64,000 nt of DNA from Catajapyx aquilonaris. Lineage: Eukaryota. The first letter of the stretch is position 1. Every line of letters begins with the position of its first letter. Positions 38,398 through 50,746 of this stretch are shown here, in pieces. The position numbers and the translations under genes are program-made. The stretch covers positions 62,001 through 126,000 of the forward strand of contig KZ537992.1 in NCBI GenBank assembly GCA_000934665.2, given 5' to 3'. A model generated the notes under the pieces. It did no database searches. It saw only the letters and a program-made list of their open reading frames with translations, and was not told the origin of the DNA.

Positions 38398-40332
38398 AGG
38401 AGGAGGAAAAAAAATCCCTTTTTCATATCGAAGGATTGCCAACTCTTTATTATCGACATTTTGATTCTACCAGTGTGTATTATACTGACGGTAATTTTTT
38501 AAAAAATTGAAGAATCTATCAGTAGCTGTGATACTTGGGTTATTAAGCCGTAGTAAATCTCCATAGAGTAATATTGGTGAGATGTAAATTGTATTATTAG
38601 TCAGACTTCAACTGAAAGTTGCAAAAGTCGGTGCTGAAACGCCTGTCAATATTTTCATCATTATTATTGTGATAATAAGTCGAACAAAATTGTTATGAGG
38701 AGGAATCACAGTTCTAATATCTCACCGTATGGAATAGCGGAAATCCTTTGCATGTGAAATTATGTGAAACTGATGGCAGCTTCGGTTCAAGTACGCAAAT
38801 GTTAAAATGTTGCTGATGTGTTTTTTTTTTCCTGCATCATTTATTTCATAAGATGTCTTGGAAATTTATAAATTACATGCACATGTGTTCATTACTAGGA
38901 GGAAAATGAGTCTCATGCATAACAAAACCATTCTGAACTGAAAGTAAAGACAACACATCTCAAATATTATTAACACAGTACCGTATGCAGAAAGACATGA
39001 CGTAAGATAAGACGACTGTAATAACTGTTTAACATGACTGCTTTTATTTTTAACTCTCGATTCAGTACTTAAGATATTTTTTGTTATTTTTTTCCTGTTT
39101 ATTTTCACCTACATCGTACAGTCACTGCCTACATTATTACCGATTTGTATTGGCATTATGGTTAAATCAAGTGTTTCTGTAGTATTTTACAAATGAAATG
39201 AATATTTGTATTATGAAAAATTAAACGCTGTGAAGGGGGGTGAGAAAGTGTCAGACGAGCGAAGAGTTGTATTGTACAGTGTTGTACGATAGAGATTATT
39301 ATCAGCTATGTCTGCCTTCACAATAAATTATTATCATTATTTTCGACACATTGGGCATTTTTCGTTGTCTTATTTCCCTGTAACGATCCCGCAGTCATTT
39401 TTAGAGTCGGTTCTACTTTTATGTTCATGTTCCAGTAAAACATGGCAGATTAATTGGTACGATCAACAGCGCAAAGGTAGGTTATTCCCACATAATATGG
39501 TAAAATATTGTACAGTAATTAATGAATATTACCTGCGATGCCACTCGCAGGTGTACACCGGAGTACCGAAGTGATTACCCACTTGGTTATTTGCATTGTG
39601 AGTCATGAATATGCTACAGTACACCTACACGTGCAGATAAGATTTATTTATCGCATATTTTGGTGTGCATTTATTAGAGAAAATATTTTGGTTGATAATA
39701 ATAAGTACTGACCCAGCATAATTTATTACTGTTTCAACTAACTGGATGTTTTTCCATGTCGGAAATTATTTGTGAGAAATATGACAATGATTTAACTTCA
39801 TTTAAATGAATTTAAAAACGCCATTAAAGCTTTGCATTAAAGATCGGAAAAAAAAAATTTGAACCGGAAGCTAACGTTCAAATTTCGCGGATTCGCTCTT
39901 TTAATTTCATTTATTATTTTTATTTACAAATGTATTGTGTGTTTAAAGCATAATTACAACATATGTGGCGCACCTTTAATTGATTGTAAAATATTGTTTA
40001 TGTTGTTGTTTTTTCCTTCGTGGACGGCGTCAACCTCGTGTGTATTTGAATGCCAAAAAAAATTGCATTATTTTCACCATATTTGCACGTGCTCGCGAAT
40101 GTTTGCATCGTCTCTGATTTCTGCAAGGATTCGTCCTTCTAGTAATAAATTTGGCTTATTTTATTATGCCATATACATGTGGCTGCGATGGAGTTATTGT
40201 TTGCTTAATGTAATAAAATAGCTTATATTTATAACACCATCATAAACACATTTGCCAATTATTTTTGCAGGTCTGGTGCGTATCTGGTTGTCTGCTAGTG
40301 TTGGACTGTCACGGCAGCAAACAAGAGGAAAG

Positions 40333-41752
40333 ATGAGCACCACGAAGCCTAAGATTCTGGTGACTCGCTCCAACATACCCGACTCCGCATTGGACATCAT
40401 GAGGAAGACGTGCGGATCACTTTATTAAAATAAATAAGATTTATTCATATAATAATGTATATACATTAAGCAAAGTTTGTTGGCTTGTTTGCTCAAGTTT
40501 GGTTAGCATATTGTTATTATCCGAAAGGTGCGACGTGGAAACTTGGGAGACGAGTACGGCGATGCCTCGAGACCGCTTGCTGTCGATGGCCAAAGGAAAA
40601 GACGGGATGTTCATCACTGTGTCTGAAAAGGTGGATGCGGAGTTGTGCGATGCGGCCGGATCGCAGCTGAAGGTTGTTGCCACCATGTCGGTGGGGCATG
40701 ACCATATCGATTTGGGTGAGGTAAAGAAGAGAGGGATCAAGATTGGATACACTCCGGGAGTGCTGACAATGGCCACTGCGGAGCTTACTGTCGCAGTTCT
40801 TCTTGCAACCAGCCGGAAGCTGTTCGAGAGCCACGGAGAACTCGTAAGGTGAATTAACCGCACTGTAACAATTGGGGTGTTGTTTCTATATAATTTTATT
40901 TCATTTGCAGTGGCGGTTGGACTTCATGGGATCCGTTTTGGATGGTCGGTCATGGATTGGAAGACGCAACAGTTGGAATTGTCGGCCTAGGCAGGATTGG
41001 GCAAGCTGTACTGAAAATGCTGCGGCCTTTCGGAGTCGCAAAATTCCTTTACCATGGCCACAATGTTAAAACAGAAGGTTTGTAGCGTGACATTTAGCTG
41101 TGTCGCACATTGATTATACGAGATATCAAATATTAGACTAAATAAAATGCTATGCGGCATGAAAGAACAAAGTAAAGATTACATGATAAACACAGATTTT
41201 GTACCGCAAAAATATATTTTCATGATTTAAGTTGATAAAACCAGGTGCAGTTAATTCAGCAGATGCACTTCTTACATTACAGGAACTGAGCTGGGAGCTG
41301 AATTTGTGTCGTTTGATCGCCTTTTATGTGAATCCGACTTTGTAATAGTCACCTGTCCGCTTACTGATGAGACAAGGGGCATGTTTAATGATTCCGCCTT
41401 CAAGAAGATGAAGAGGAGTGCCATAATAGTCAACACCAGCAGAGGAGGAGTGATTGACCAGGATGCGCTCGTGAGGGCTCTTAAAAATGGGGACATTGGA
41501 GCAGCAGGATTGGACGTAATGACTCCAGAACCGCTGCCTGTTGACCACGAACTGACCAAGCTTTCCAACTGCGGTGAGTATCAGAGAGCCTAATTACAAT
41601 GCAACTTATATGCGGCTCTTTCCTCTTCCACAGTTTTGATCCCGCACATAGGAAGCGGGACTATACAATCCCGCACCAAAATGTCCGTCTTGACTGCTGA
41701 GAATATCATCTGCGCATTGGAAAACAAGCCCATGCCGTGTCAGCTTTGTTGA
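40333..41752 (+). CDS. GRHPR: Glyoxylate/hydroxypyruvate reductase-like, paralog 1
   Basis: [65 protein letters not shown]; 5 coding exons. Confidence 0.92.
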
Positions 41753-42546
41753 TTTCATTTGGTAGTTAATATTGAACTTGTAACCCTGCAGTATTTGTTA
41801 CACCAAGTCCGTCGTCATGAGGTTGAGGAATGTTTACTCTGTTGCACTTGTTGAACTTGTTGGCACAAACATTTATTGAATTACCATCAAAAGAATGTTG
41901 CAATTATAGTCTTCCAATAAAAGCTACTGTCCCATATAGTCTTGTGAGCTACCTGTGATTGCATGATGTATTGTTATACTGTGAGCACTGATAGTGCGAT
42001 GGTCTTTTTGCGGTTTACGCGATGTAGGCCTCTACGTGAAAATAATAAAAATAATAAAAATTTATGTAAAACACTGCTAATTCGGTTTCTGACAATTTTT
42101 TTCACTTAATCAGCGACACCCATCAGTGTGCAGCAGTACTCTCAGTAGTCTGCAAGTGTGTTAGGTAGTACTCTCAGTAGTCTGCAAGTGTGTTAGGTAG
42201 CCCGGACATACAGACAAACTTTCTCATTTATATAAAATATATATAGAGAGAATCATCATTTTCACTGCATTGTTCTCCACCAATTGGTGAGTTAGCAAAA
42301 AGTAAGGACAATTATTTTTAGCACAAAAAAATATTTACTTTTGGCAAAAAAAATAATTTCGAGTTCAAAAATCGTGGGAAATCTGCGCAGGCGGCGTGTC
42401 CTACGAAACTTTTCGGGCGTCATCGGCGTTACTTATTTGGTCAAGGCTACATGAAAAAAAAATTGCGCAATTGTCGCACTTGTTGGGACCACCTGTTGCG
42501 TCGAGTATCTCTACATATTTTCAGCTGCCATAATTCAAGTACAAAG

Positions 42547-43953
42547 ATGAGGCCAAAAGTGCTGGTGACACGCTCCAACATACCAGAAGTAGCATTAGAC
42601 ATACTGAGAAAATGGTTTTTAAACAATATTTTTTTAACATAAAATATTAATTAGGCTAATTTTTATTATCCATGTTGCTAATTACTATCTTTTTGTAGTT
42701 GTGATGTGGAGGTGTATGATGGGATATATGCGATGCCGAGAGACCGTTTGCTGGAGATGTCGAAGGGAAAGGATGCGTTGTTTATTACCTCGTGTGAAGT
42801 GATGGACGCTGAGCTGTGCGATGCGGCTGGACCGCAGCTGAAGGTCATATCAACCATGTCGGTGGGTCACGACCATATTGATTTGGCGGAGGTCAAGAAG
42901 AGGGGGATCAAAGTTGGGTTCACGCCTGGAGTACTGACTCTTGCGACTGCGGAGCTCACTGTTTCGCTATTGCTTGCTACGACAAGAAGGCTCTTCGAAA
43001 GCCATAACGAACTTGTCAGGTAATTAATCGTTTTGTACAAATTACAAACCGAAGCTAACTGTTGCGTTTAATAAGGGGCGGATGGACTTCTTGGGATCCG
43101 ATGTGGATGGTTGGCGGTGGACTGGAGGATTCAACAGTTGGTATCGTCGGACTTGGAAGGATCGGACAGGCGGTGCTCCGAATGCTGCAGCCGTTTGGCG
43201 TGAAGAAATTTATGTACCATGGACATAGCGCCAAAAAGGAAGGCATGTAACGCACTTATGTGAGCGATTTGATCAGCGATGTAACCAATTGTTTGGAGCG
43301 AAAGTACCAATCGCTGATCAAATTAGATCCATGTAAACGCAGGGTATTTTAAAGTGCAAATAATGCGATGAATCGATACAAAGCTGTCCATATGTGTTCA
43401 TGACTTTATGTGCATGAAAATATACATTTAAAGGTTCAACGTGCGTGAATGTGTGAGCGTAACTAATGGAATTTTTTTTTGTGGCAGGAGATGATCTTGG
43501 AGCCGAGTTTGTTTCGCTTGAGCGTCTCCTTTCCGAGTCCGACTTTGTTGTTGTGAACTGCCCATTGACTGATGAGACTCGAGGGATGTTCGACGAGGCG
43601 GCCTTCAAGAGGATGAAGAAGAGTTCGGTCTTTGTGAACACCAGCAGGGGAGGAGTTGTGAATCAGGATGCGCTCATCAAGGCACTCAAAAGTGGCGAGA
43701 TCAGGGCGGCCGGACTTGACGTCATGACTCCTGAGCCGCTTCCGACTAATCACGAGCTTACCAAACTGCCAAACTGCGGTGAGGAGCATAAACTCGCTGA
43801 GTGTGTACATGTTGCTGATGTGTTTTTCTTACAGTGCTGATTCCACATATGGGAAGTGCAACAATACAGGCTCGCACTAAGATGTGCATTTTGGTAGCCG
43901 AGAACATAGCATATGCTCTGGAAGGGAAAGCGATGCCATCTCAGTTGCGCTAG
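42547..43953 (+). CDS. GRHPR: Glyoxylate/hydroxypyruvate reductase-like, paralog 2
   Basis: Same motifs and intron positions as paralog 1; one intron requires a GC donor (43243). Confidence 0.9.
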
Positions 43954-44162
43954 GACGGCTTCCATTTCGTAACGATAAGTGGAATACTTGCACTAACGCA
44001 TGCTTGTCAATACTCTTGAAATAAAGCGTTGAATCATGTTGGTGTACAGTAATTGTTGCATTGATCCCTCACTACAGTAGTTCTGTTTCCGTGGTATCTG
44101 TATGTTTACATAGCACGGTTCCAAAGAAGATGTGAGTTTTTTTTCCGTCCCTGCTGGTGAAC

Positions 44163-45469
44163 ATGGCTGAAGCAGTGGCGAAAAAGGAAGACAAGACGTT
44201 GACGGACAGACCCTGCGTCCTAGTGAGCCGGCGCAACTTCCCGGACATCGCGTATTTCCTACTGAGCGAATGGTTTGGCGACATTTTAAACTGATCATTG
44301 TTGCGGCCTTGTACACTGACTATTTGTTTCGTTGTATGGGTTAATAATTGATATGTTAACCCTCTTACAACAGCTGCGATTTGGATGTGTGGCCAGAATC
44401 AACTGCAATACCCCGAACGCATTTCCTCAAAATGTGTGAAGGGAAAACCGCCTTGTTCGTTTTGCCAAGTGAGAAGATAGACAGAGAGGTGTTTGTTGCT
44501 GCTGGACCGAAGTTAAAAGTCGTCTCCACCATGTCATTGGGTTATGACCATATCGACATAGCTGAGGCCAGGAAGAGAGGCATCAAAGTCGGTTTCATTC
44601 CGAACGTTTTAACCATGGCTGTCGCTGAACACACAATTGCGCTTCTGCTTAACACAACCCGAAGACTCTTTGAAGCACGTCGTGCTATTGCCGAGTAAGC
44701 TTTGTCTTAGTGTGTATTACATGAGAATATATGGGTTTGTCTTTCAGTGGACTGTGGCCGCAGGCTTTTGATCCCGAGTTCATGCTTGGTATGGGGCTGC
44801 AAGGCTTAATCGTGGGAATCGTTGGGCTCGGAAATGTAGGACAGGCTGTGGCCCGGATGCTCAAACCATTTGGAGTGCACCAGATTCTCTACACTGGACG
44901 CAGCGGACCTAAGAAAGAAGGTACAGGATTTTGATCACGCAGTTCGTTTACATTGAGTTATCATGTTAAACATGTTTCTTCGTAGGAGATGAACTTGAGG
45001 CTCTATTCGTTTCGTTTGAAGATCTCCTGAAGTCATCCGATGCCGTGCTTGTCACCTGCGCCCTGAACGAGCAAACCAAAGGCATGTTCAACAGGGCAGC
45101 CTTCAAGAGGATGAAGATGAACGCCGTGCTCATAAACACCAGCAGGGGAAACATAGTGGACCAAAATGCCCTCATAGAAGCCCTAACTAACAGGGATATT
45201 GCAGGAGCTGGGCTGGACGTCATGGTTCCCGAGCCGCTGCCGCTGGACCATGCACTCTCTCTGATTCCAAATTGCGGTCAGTTGTAATTTTATGTAAAAA
45301 AAAAATGTCTTTTAGCCTCTTATTTTTCCCCTCCATTTCAGTGTTGAGCCCGCACTTGGGGACTTCAACGATGCAGACTCGTCACCTCATGGCCACGGTG
45401 GCTGCGGACAACATCCTGTGCTGCCTGCACAAACAGCCCATGCCATTTCGGGTGTGCACATGCCAGTAA
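44163..45469 (+). CDS. GRHPR: Glyoxylate/hydroxypyruvate reductase-like, divergent paralog 3
   Basis: RPCVLVSR..TMSLGYDH..GIVGLGNVG..YTGRS..NTSRG..LDVMVPEP..PHLGTS..RVCTCQ*; same intron positions as paralogs 1 and 2. Confidence 0.88.
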
Positions 45470-45906
45470 CTCGGTTCGCTTGGTTCACTTTTTTAAAATT
45501 CCCTAGTCATTTCCAGACTTGCATGTGATTATACAGCTTTACATACGAGGCAAAACGCATAAATTTAGGCCTTTGCCGTTACCCTCAAGGTTGGAATTTA
45601 AACAGAGGAAATAGCGATTAACTAGGTAGTGTGTCAATAAATCTGATGTATAATTTGGCTTTAAACATTGATCATTTGTTTTTTAATGTCATTCACACTG
45701 CTCAAATTGCTCATATGTAATTTACGATTGCTTCGGTGCATTTAATCATAAGTCCAAACTCGCGTCACAACAGCCGTGATGGCGGGAAGGCCATCTGGAT
45801 TGCTGAAAAGCAAGAGAATGCAATGAGAATATGCGGATAAAACAGTAGAACACCTATAAAAAAAAGGACACCATCCATTACCACGTGGTACTTACTTAAT
45901 ATTTGT

Positions 45907-47774
45907 TTAATGGCTCATCTTCTTTCTGTGGCGAGTTAAATTTGACTTCACATTGAATGCGGTATTGCAAGTCGGGCAGTTGAAGGGCTTTTCCCCAGTG
46001 TGCTTCCTCGCATGCACAACGAAGTCGCTCCAGCTTGAGAAACTCTTGTCACACCGCTCACACGGTACGGGTCTGTCCTTCTGATGCACTCTGGAGTAGT
46101 GTTGCGTTAGATGATACTTCTGCTTGAACGTTCTTTCACACTCTTTGCAGGTGTAGGTCTGTCCACAGTCTCTTTCATGGGCTTTCATATTTCTCGCATG
46201 AGAGAAGTTTAGTTTACATTTGTCACAATGGTACTGTAATATTATTATTATTATTATTACGTATTCGTCGAAGTGTAGGTAGTGACAATCAAGTACCGGC
46301 ACAACTAGGGTCAAATGTAGAAATTTTATTTACCATAGGCTTGCCAGTGACTTCGGATCTCTTTTTTTTCTGCTCCAACTCCATATTTTCCTGTGCAGCC
46401 TTTTCCTTGTACACCTAAATGAAATAAAGTAAGCTTACAGTACAGCAAAATGATGGTGCACATTTTTTAGCAATTTGATACAAGTATCGCATGTGCTCAT
46501 AGTGGTGGACATGCATTGTTATGCTTTATTATTGTTCTTCTTCTTTTATATTATAATTATTTTACGAGGGTTATCTGGAAAGTAATTGTGCAGTGCATCA
46601 AAATGCGCACATTCAAGGCTGCCCAACTTCAGTCACTCCGCGGCGTTTACATGCGAGCGATTTGACGAGCGATGTCGTCACGAGCGGTAACATCACTGAG
46701 TAACCCAAGAAAGGTGAAAATCGATTGTTACTTTCACCTCAAACAATATTGGTTACTTTGCTCAGTGACGACTTCGCTCGTCAAATCGCTCACATGTAAA
46801 CGCACCTTTACGCAGTATTTGCGGGCGTTTGAAATTGGAATGAGAGAAGTTCCATTTGGCTGTAGAGGTGCAATTTTTTGTGGGGGATCAGAGCAGGGTC
46901 ATGTTTGTCGAATTTGTGACTTTCCAGATGTAATTTCACCCCTTGATCAGGGAGCATATACTACATAAGAGGCGCAAACTTCTGTCGGCGCCTTTGATGT
47001 CCGCGTCTCTCTGTTTGGGGCCGTTGCCAAGGCTGGCGGCCATTTTGAAGTGTGGGCAACGCCAACGAGGTATAAATAGAGTACAGGCAAAAATAGGGTC
47101 CGCCATCTTCGCCGTGTAGTTGCCATGGAAACTACACGGCAAGAACACGCGCGAATCAAAGATGGCGGACCATATTTTTTGCCTGTACTCTATTTATACC
47201 TCCTTGGCGTTGCCCACACTTCAAAACGGCCGCCAGCCTTGGCAACGCCCCAAACAGAGAGACGCGGAAATCGAATGTTTGCGCCTCTTAATATGTAGTA
47301 AATTCTCCCTGTCTTGATACACATCATACAAAAAGAAAAGGGCCAGTATACAGGTTTACATGCTTGGCTTCGGCGGACACGACTTTCCATGCTTTGCTGG
47401 CCTCCTTAGAAAGGGTTCCCAAGGTAGTTTCTGATGGTTGAGCCTGCAATATGGAGACGTTAGCATTATTTAATAATGATGCATGCTCGCTCTAATTAAA
47501 GAATTTGAGATGCACACTGCAATGCTCAAAAAAGTGTGCAGTGAATCGCAGGTGTTATTATTGTGTGGGTAAATAAATTACATTTAGGTACTCCTGGAAG
47601 AACACATTGTATCCTGATCTAGCCCTTATTCTCTTCTTCTTTTCCTTCTGTTCTTCATCACGCTGCAAGGAATCAAGGGCCGAAGAACATATTGAGCTGA
47701 GAATAAAAGTTGGGCAGGATTGGGCGGCCATGACACTTTCTTCTGGGTGCGTTGCGTTCGCAAAATACGCTCAT
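45907..47774 (-). CDS. HMG-box plus zinc-finger protein (one C2HC and three C2H2 fingers)
   Basis: Spliced exons ~47662-47582 (RDEEQKEKKKRIRARSGYNVFFQEYLN), ~47443-47360 (AQPSETTLGTLSKEASKAWKVVSAEAKH), ~46414-46334 (VYKEKAAQEN..PM) and ~46233-45907 (fingers, with HTGEKPF linker), all phase-0 GT-AG. Start ATG at 47774 is tentative. Confidence 0.72.
46641..46807. mobile_element. PIF/Harbinger-type MITE
   Basis: (G)GCGTTTACATG..CATGTAAACGCACC TIR family; relatives at 1-50 (partial), ~21952-22093, 50841-50962 and 58757-58901 (TAA TSD). Confidence 0.7.
46961..47298. mobile_element. Long fold-back MITE in an intron of the HMG-ZF gene
   Basis: ~140-bp inverted arms (ctacataagaggcgcaaac ... gtttgcgcctcttaatatgtag) around a central hairpin ccgtgtagttgccatggaaactacacgg. 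Confidence 0.8.
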
Positions 47775-48445
47775 TGAAGAGGGTGCGTTCTAACGTGCCA
47801 CATTTGTTTTCCAGTGTTGCCATTTTTATCCCCAACGTGCCCTTGACCTCCTTCCCACGTTTTCCGGCGCGCATTTACACAACTTCCGGCTGTAAATGCC
47901 CTGCACCGAATTAGTGCGTACCAAACAAAATTTAATTGCTGTCATTTTTTTCTCTCTGGGAGTTTGCTGTGTTTTGTTGAGTTTTCATGTCGCACCCACG
48001 CCGGTTTTTTGCGTCCAGTTTGGGTGGACACCGCAAGATGGCAGTGGCATCCAACTGTCACGCTGCGTCTGGCAACACTTCTACCGTATTTTGGGCCCAA
48101 CTGTCATGTGCAGCGTCATGTTGTCGCACTTGAAGCATCATGTTCAACTCGTTTAGCAATGGGGGTCCCAGATTACATTTTGCAAATACATGTAAAAATA
48201 AATTGCCATAATTTTAAAATATATTTTAGTGTTTTTTTGCTTGAAGAAATACGTCCAGTATTAGTTTTTGAGCTATTATCATTCAAAGGTCATATTAATT
48301 ATACGGTATCGTATTGCCTTCTGACGTCACTGTGGCTAAAAAGATAGGTGCAGAGGCAGGAACGCACCCGCGTGGCTCACTGTTTCTTTGCAGTAGTTTG
48401 TTTCTTTGGTTTGTTGATGGCGACCCAACGAACCATGCCTATTTG

Positions 48446-48493
48446 AATGAATGAATGAATGAATGAATGAATGAATGAATGAATGAATGAATG
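48446..48493. repeat. (TGAA)n microsatellite
   Basis: ~12 units. Confidence 0.95.
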
Positions 48494-48520
48494 CTAATAA
48501 TAGTAATTTTTAACCGCCTG

Positions 48521-48703
48521 TACTTCCGTCCCAAGGTAAAACACCCTAACTGCAAAAAAATTAGTAATGGGTGAAAGTCGCATGCATGCCCAGCACTAAT
48601 CCCCTCTGACTAAATACAGTTTTTTAAATAGTGCAGGACATGACTTATTTCGTCCTCATACTAGTTTTGCAGTTAGGATGTTTTACCTTGGGACGACAGT
48701 GTA
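48521..48703. mobile_element. MITE, same family as 7763-8299 (copy without the insertions)
   Basis: cgtcccaaggtaaaacaccctaactgcaaaa ... ttttgcagttaggatgttttaccttgggacgacagtg-ta. Confidence 0.75.
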
Positions 48704-48779
48704 GAGTTGACCTTGGCGGATAGAGTGAACCCAGAAAACAGGAAGTGGCTGGATCACCTGAGGTTATGGCCATGAAACC

Positions 48780-49620
48780 TATTTACGCGACGCTGAATCC
48801 GAATCCGAAAACCGTTTGTCCTTATCTCTTTGCGGTTTAGTGATATGATGCATGTTCACAGACAGACGGACAGAGCCAGACTTTTTTAAGTTAAAAATTT
48901 AAAAAATTCATTAGAAAATCAATTAATTTTTTTTTTACGTGAGTTTTCAAAAGTAGGCCTACCTATTTATACGCGACGCTGAATCCGAATCCGAAAACCG
49001 TTTGTTCTTATCTCTTGCGGTTTAGGGATATGATGCATGTTCACAGACAGACGGACAGAGCCAGACTTTTTAAAAAATAATTAGAAAATGCCTTAGAAAA
49101 TTCATTTAAAATGATTTCACGTGGGTTATTTTCAAAAGTACCTATATTTACGCGACGCTGAATCCGAATCCGAGAACAGTTTGTCCTTATCTCTTTGCGG
49201 TTTAGGGATATGATGCATGTTCACAGACAGACGGACAGAGCCAGACAACTCTGAATCCGAATCCGAAAACAGTTTGTCCTTATCTCTTTGCGGTTTAGGG
49301 ATATGATGCATGTTCACAGACAGACGGACAGAGCCAGACGACTCTGAATCCGAATCCGAAAACAGCGGTTTGATGCATGTTCACAGACAGACGGACAGAG
49401 CCAGACGACTCTGAATCCGAATCCGAAAACAATTTGTCCTTATCTCTTTGCGGTTTAGGGATATGATGCATGTTCACAGACAGACGGACAGAGCCAGACG
49501 ACCTTGAATCCGAATCCGAAAACAGTTTGTCCTTATCTCTTTGCGGTTTGATGCATGTTCACAGACTGACGGACAGAGCCATACTATTTTTTTTTTTTTT
49601 TAATGGCTTAGAAAATTAAT
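48780..49620. repeat. ~90-bp tandem repeat (~7 units), probably internal to a Helitron/Helentron-like element
   Basis: Unit gaatccgaatccgaaaacagtttgtccttatctctttgcggtttagggatatgatgcatgttcacagacagacggacagagcca; (CAGA)n(CGGA) microsatellite typical of DINE-1/HINE-like elements. Confidence 0.8.
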
Positions 49621-50505
49621 TTAAATTTATTTCAAGTTTGTTTTCCAAAAGTACATTATGTTCCACTAGTGCCAATTGGCCAATGACGTCTCCTGCATGA
49701 GGCACATGATCAATACTTACCGTAATCCCACCTGGCAACCCTTGCTGGCTACCGTATCCTCTTCACCCCACATGAACATCCGGGTATTCACCACCCGCCG
49801 CTTCCAGTGTTGCCAACAGCACCATGCCGAATGCGCAGTGGACATCCGCGCATCCTTCCCCTCCCCTCCCCCTTCTCTTGTCATCCCCCCCCTCCCCCCC
49901 TTTTTGGAACACCACAAGGCCGCCGCAAGAATTCGGCGTGTGTTCTGTTCTCCCGCCCCCGTGAGAGGAACTTCTTCGGAGTTTTAATCCAGGCCCTGCA
50001 CTTGCACTACCCCCAAAAACCAACACAGAGGAAACCCGAGCGTCCGATGGTCGACGGGTGAGTGTTTAGAGGAACCCCTCGGGGCGGCCCCCACAGGCCC
50101 CAGAGAGAGACCGAGGGGAGAGAGGGGGAAAAAGGAGCGTGCGTTCCTTTGTGCGTGAAAAGGGTGGGAGTTTGCAGGGGAGGCACAAAATAAGGGGGGG
50201 TTGTTCTCTCATCGATTCTATGCCGGCTTTTCTTTTTTTTGGTAACGTTTTTGGGGGTTAAATTTTTAGAAGGATTATCTGTTGGAATGGATTTGGTTTA
50301 GTTTGGTTGCAGAGGAACATGGGTGGTTGAACCGGATTAAATTTGTTGTGAAATCATGTTGGAATGGAATAGGAGTGTTGTAGCGAAGCGTTTTTATGGA
50401 ACATTGTACGTTACGTTTGCAGACGGCGTGGATTTCAGCGTAGTGGAGGAGCGTATTGGAACGTTAAATTTGAAAGTCTGTTCATTTTTATGTAATATCA
50501 GGTTA

Positions 50506-50746
50506 TGGCCGAGTGGTTAGCGCCGCGGCCTTCCACCTCTTAAGGTCCCGAGTTCGATCCCCGTGTCGGATGGAGGATACTTATGTGGATAGATTTTCGA
50601 TGGGTTCTCTCCGTGTTCGCATGGATTTTCTCGGGGTTCTCCCGCTATCAAAATCCATCACAGCGCAGGCAAATGATCAAAGTCGGATATTCAAAAGATG
50701 ATCCCCTAAGAGGCCCAAGGGGCCTATCACGGGGTATCCATTATTA
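50506..50746 (+). mobile_element. tRNA-derived SINE
   Basis: A box tggccgagtgg; B box gagttcgatccc; (tta)n tail; 17-bp TSD tatgtaatatcaggtta (50489-50505 / 50747-50763). Confidence 0.85.

Noticed and set aside
41740..41880. Selenocysteine (TGT-TGA end of GRHPR1) with a SECIS
   Set aside because: The stop aligns with the paralog 2 stop, and the AUGA-to-AA spacing does not fit a SECIS
41360..43590. Hammerhead ribozyme cores (CTGATGAG)
   Set aside because: They fall inside GRHPR codons (LTDET), with no matching stems or GAAA
48780..49620. CRISPR-like array or coding repeat (ORFs MNMHHIPKPQ..)
   Set aside because: Simple tandem duplication; the ORFs are by-products of the repeat
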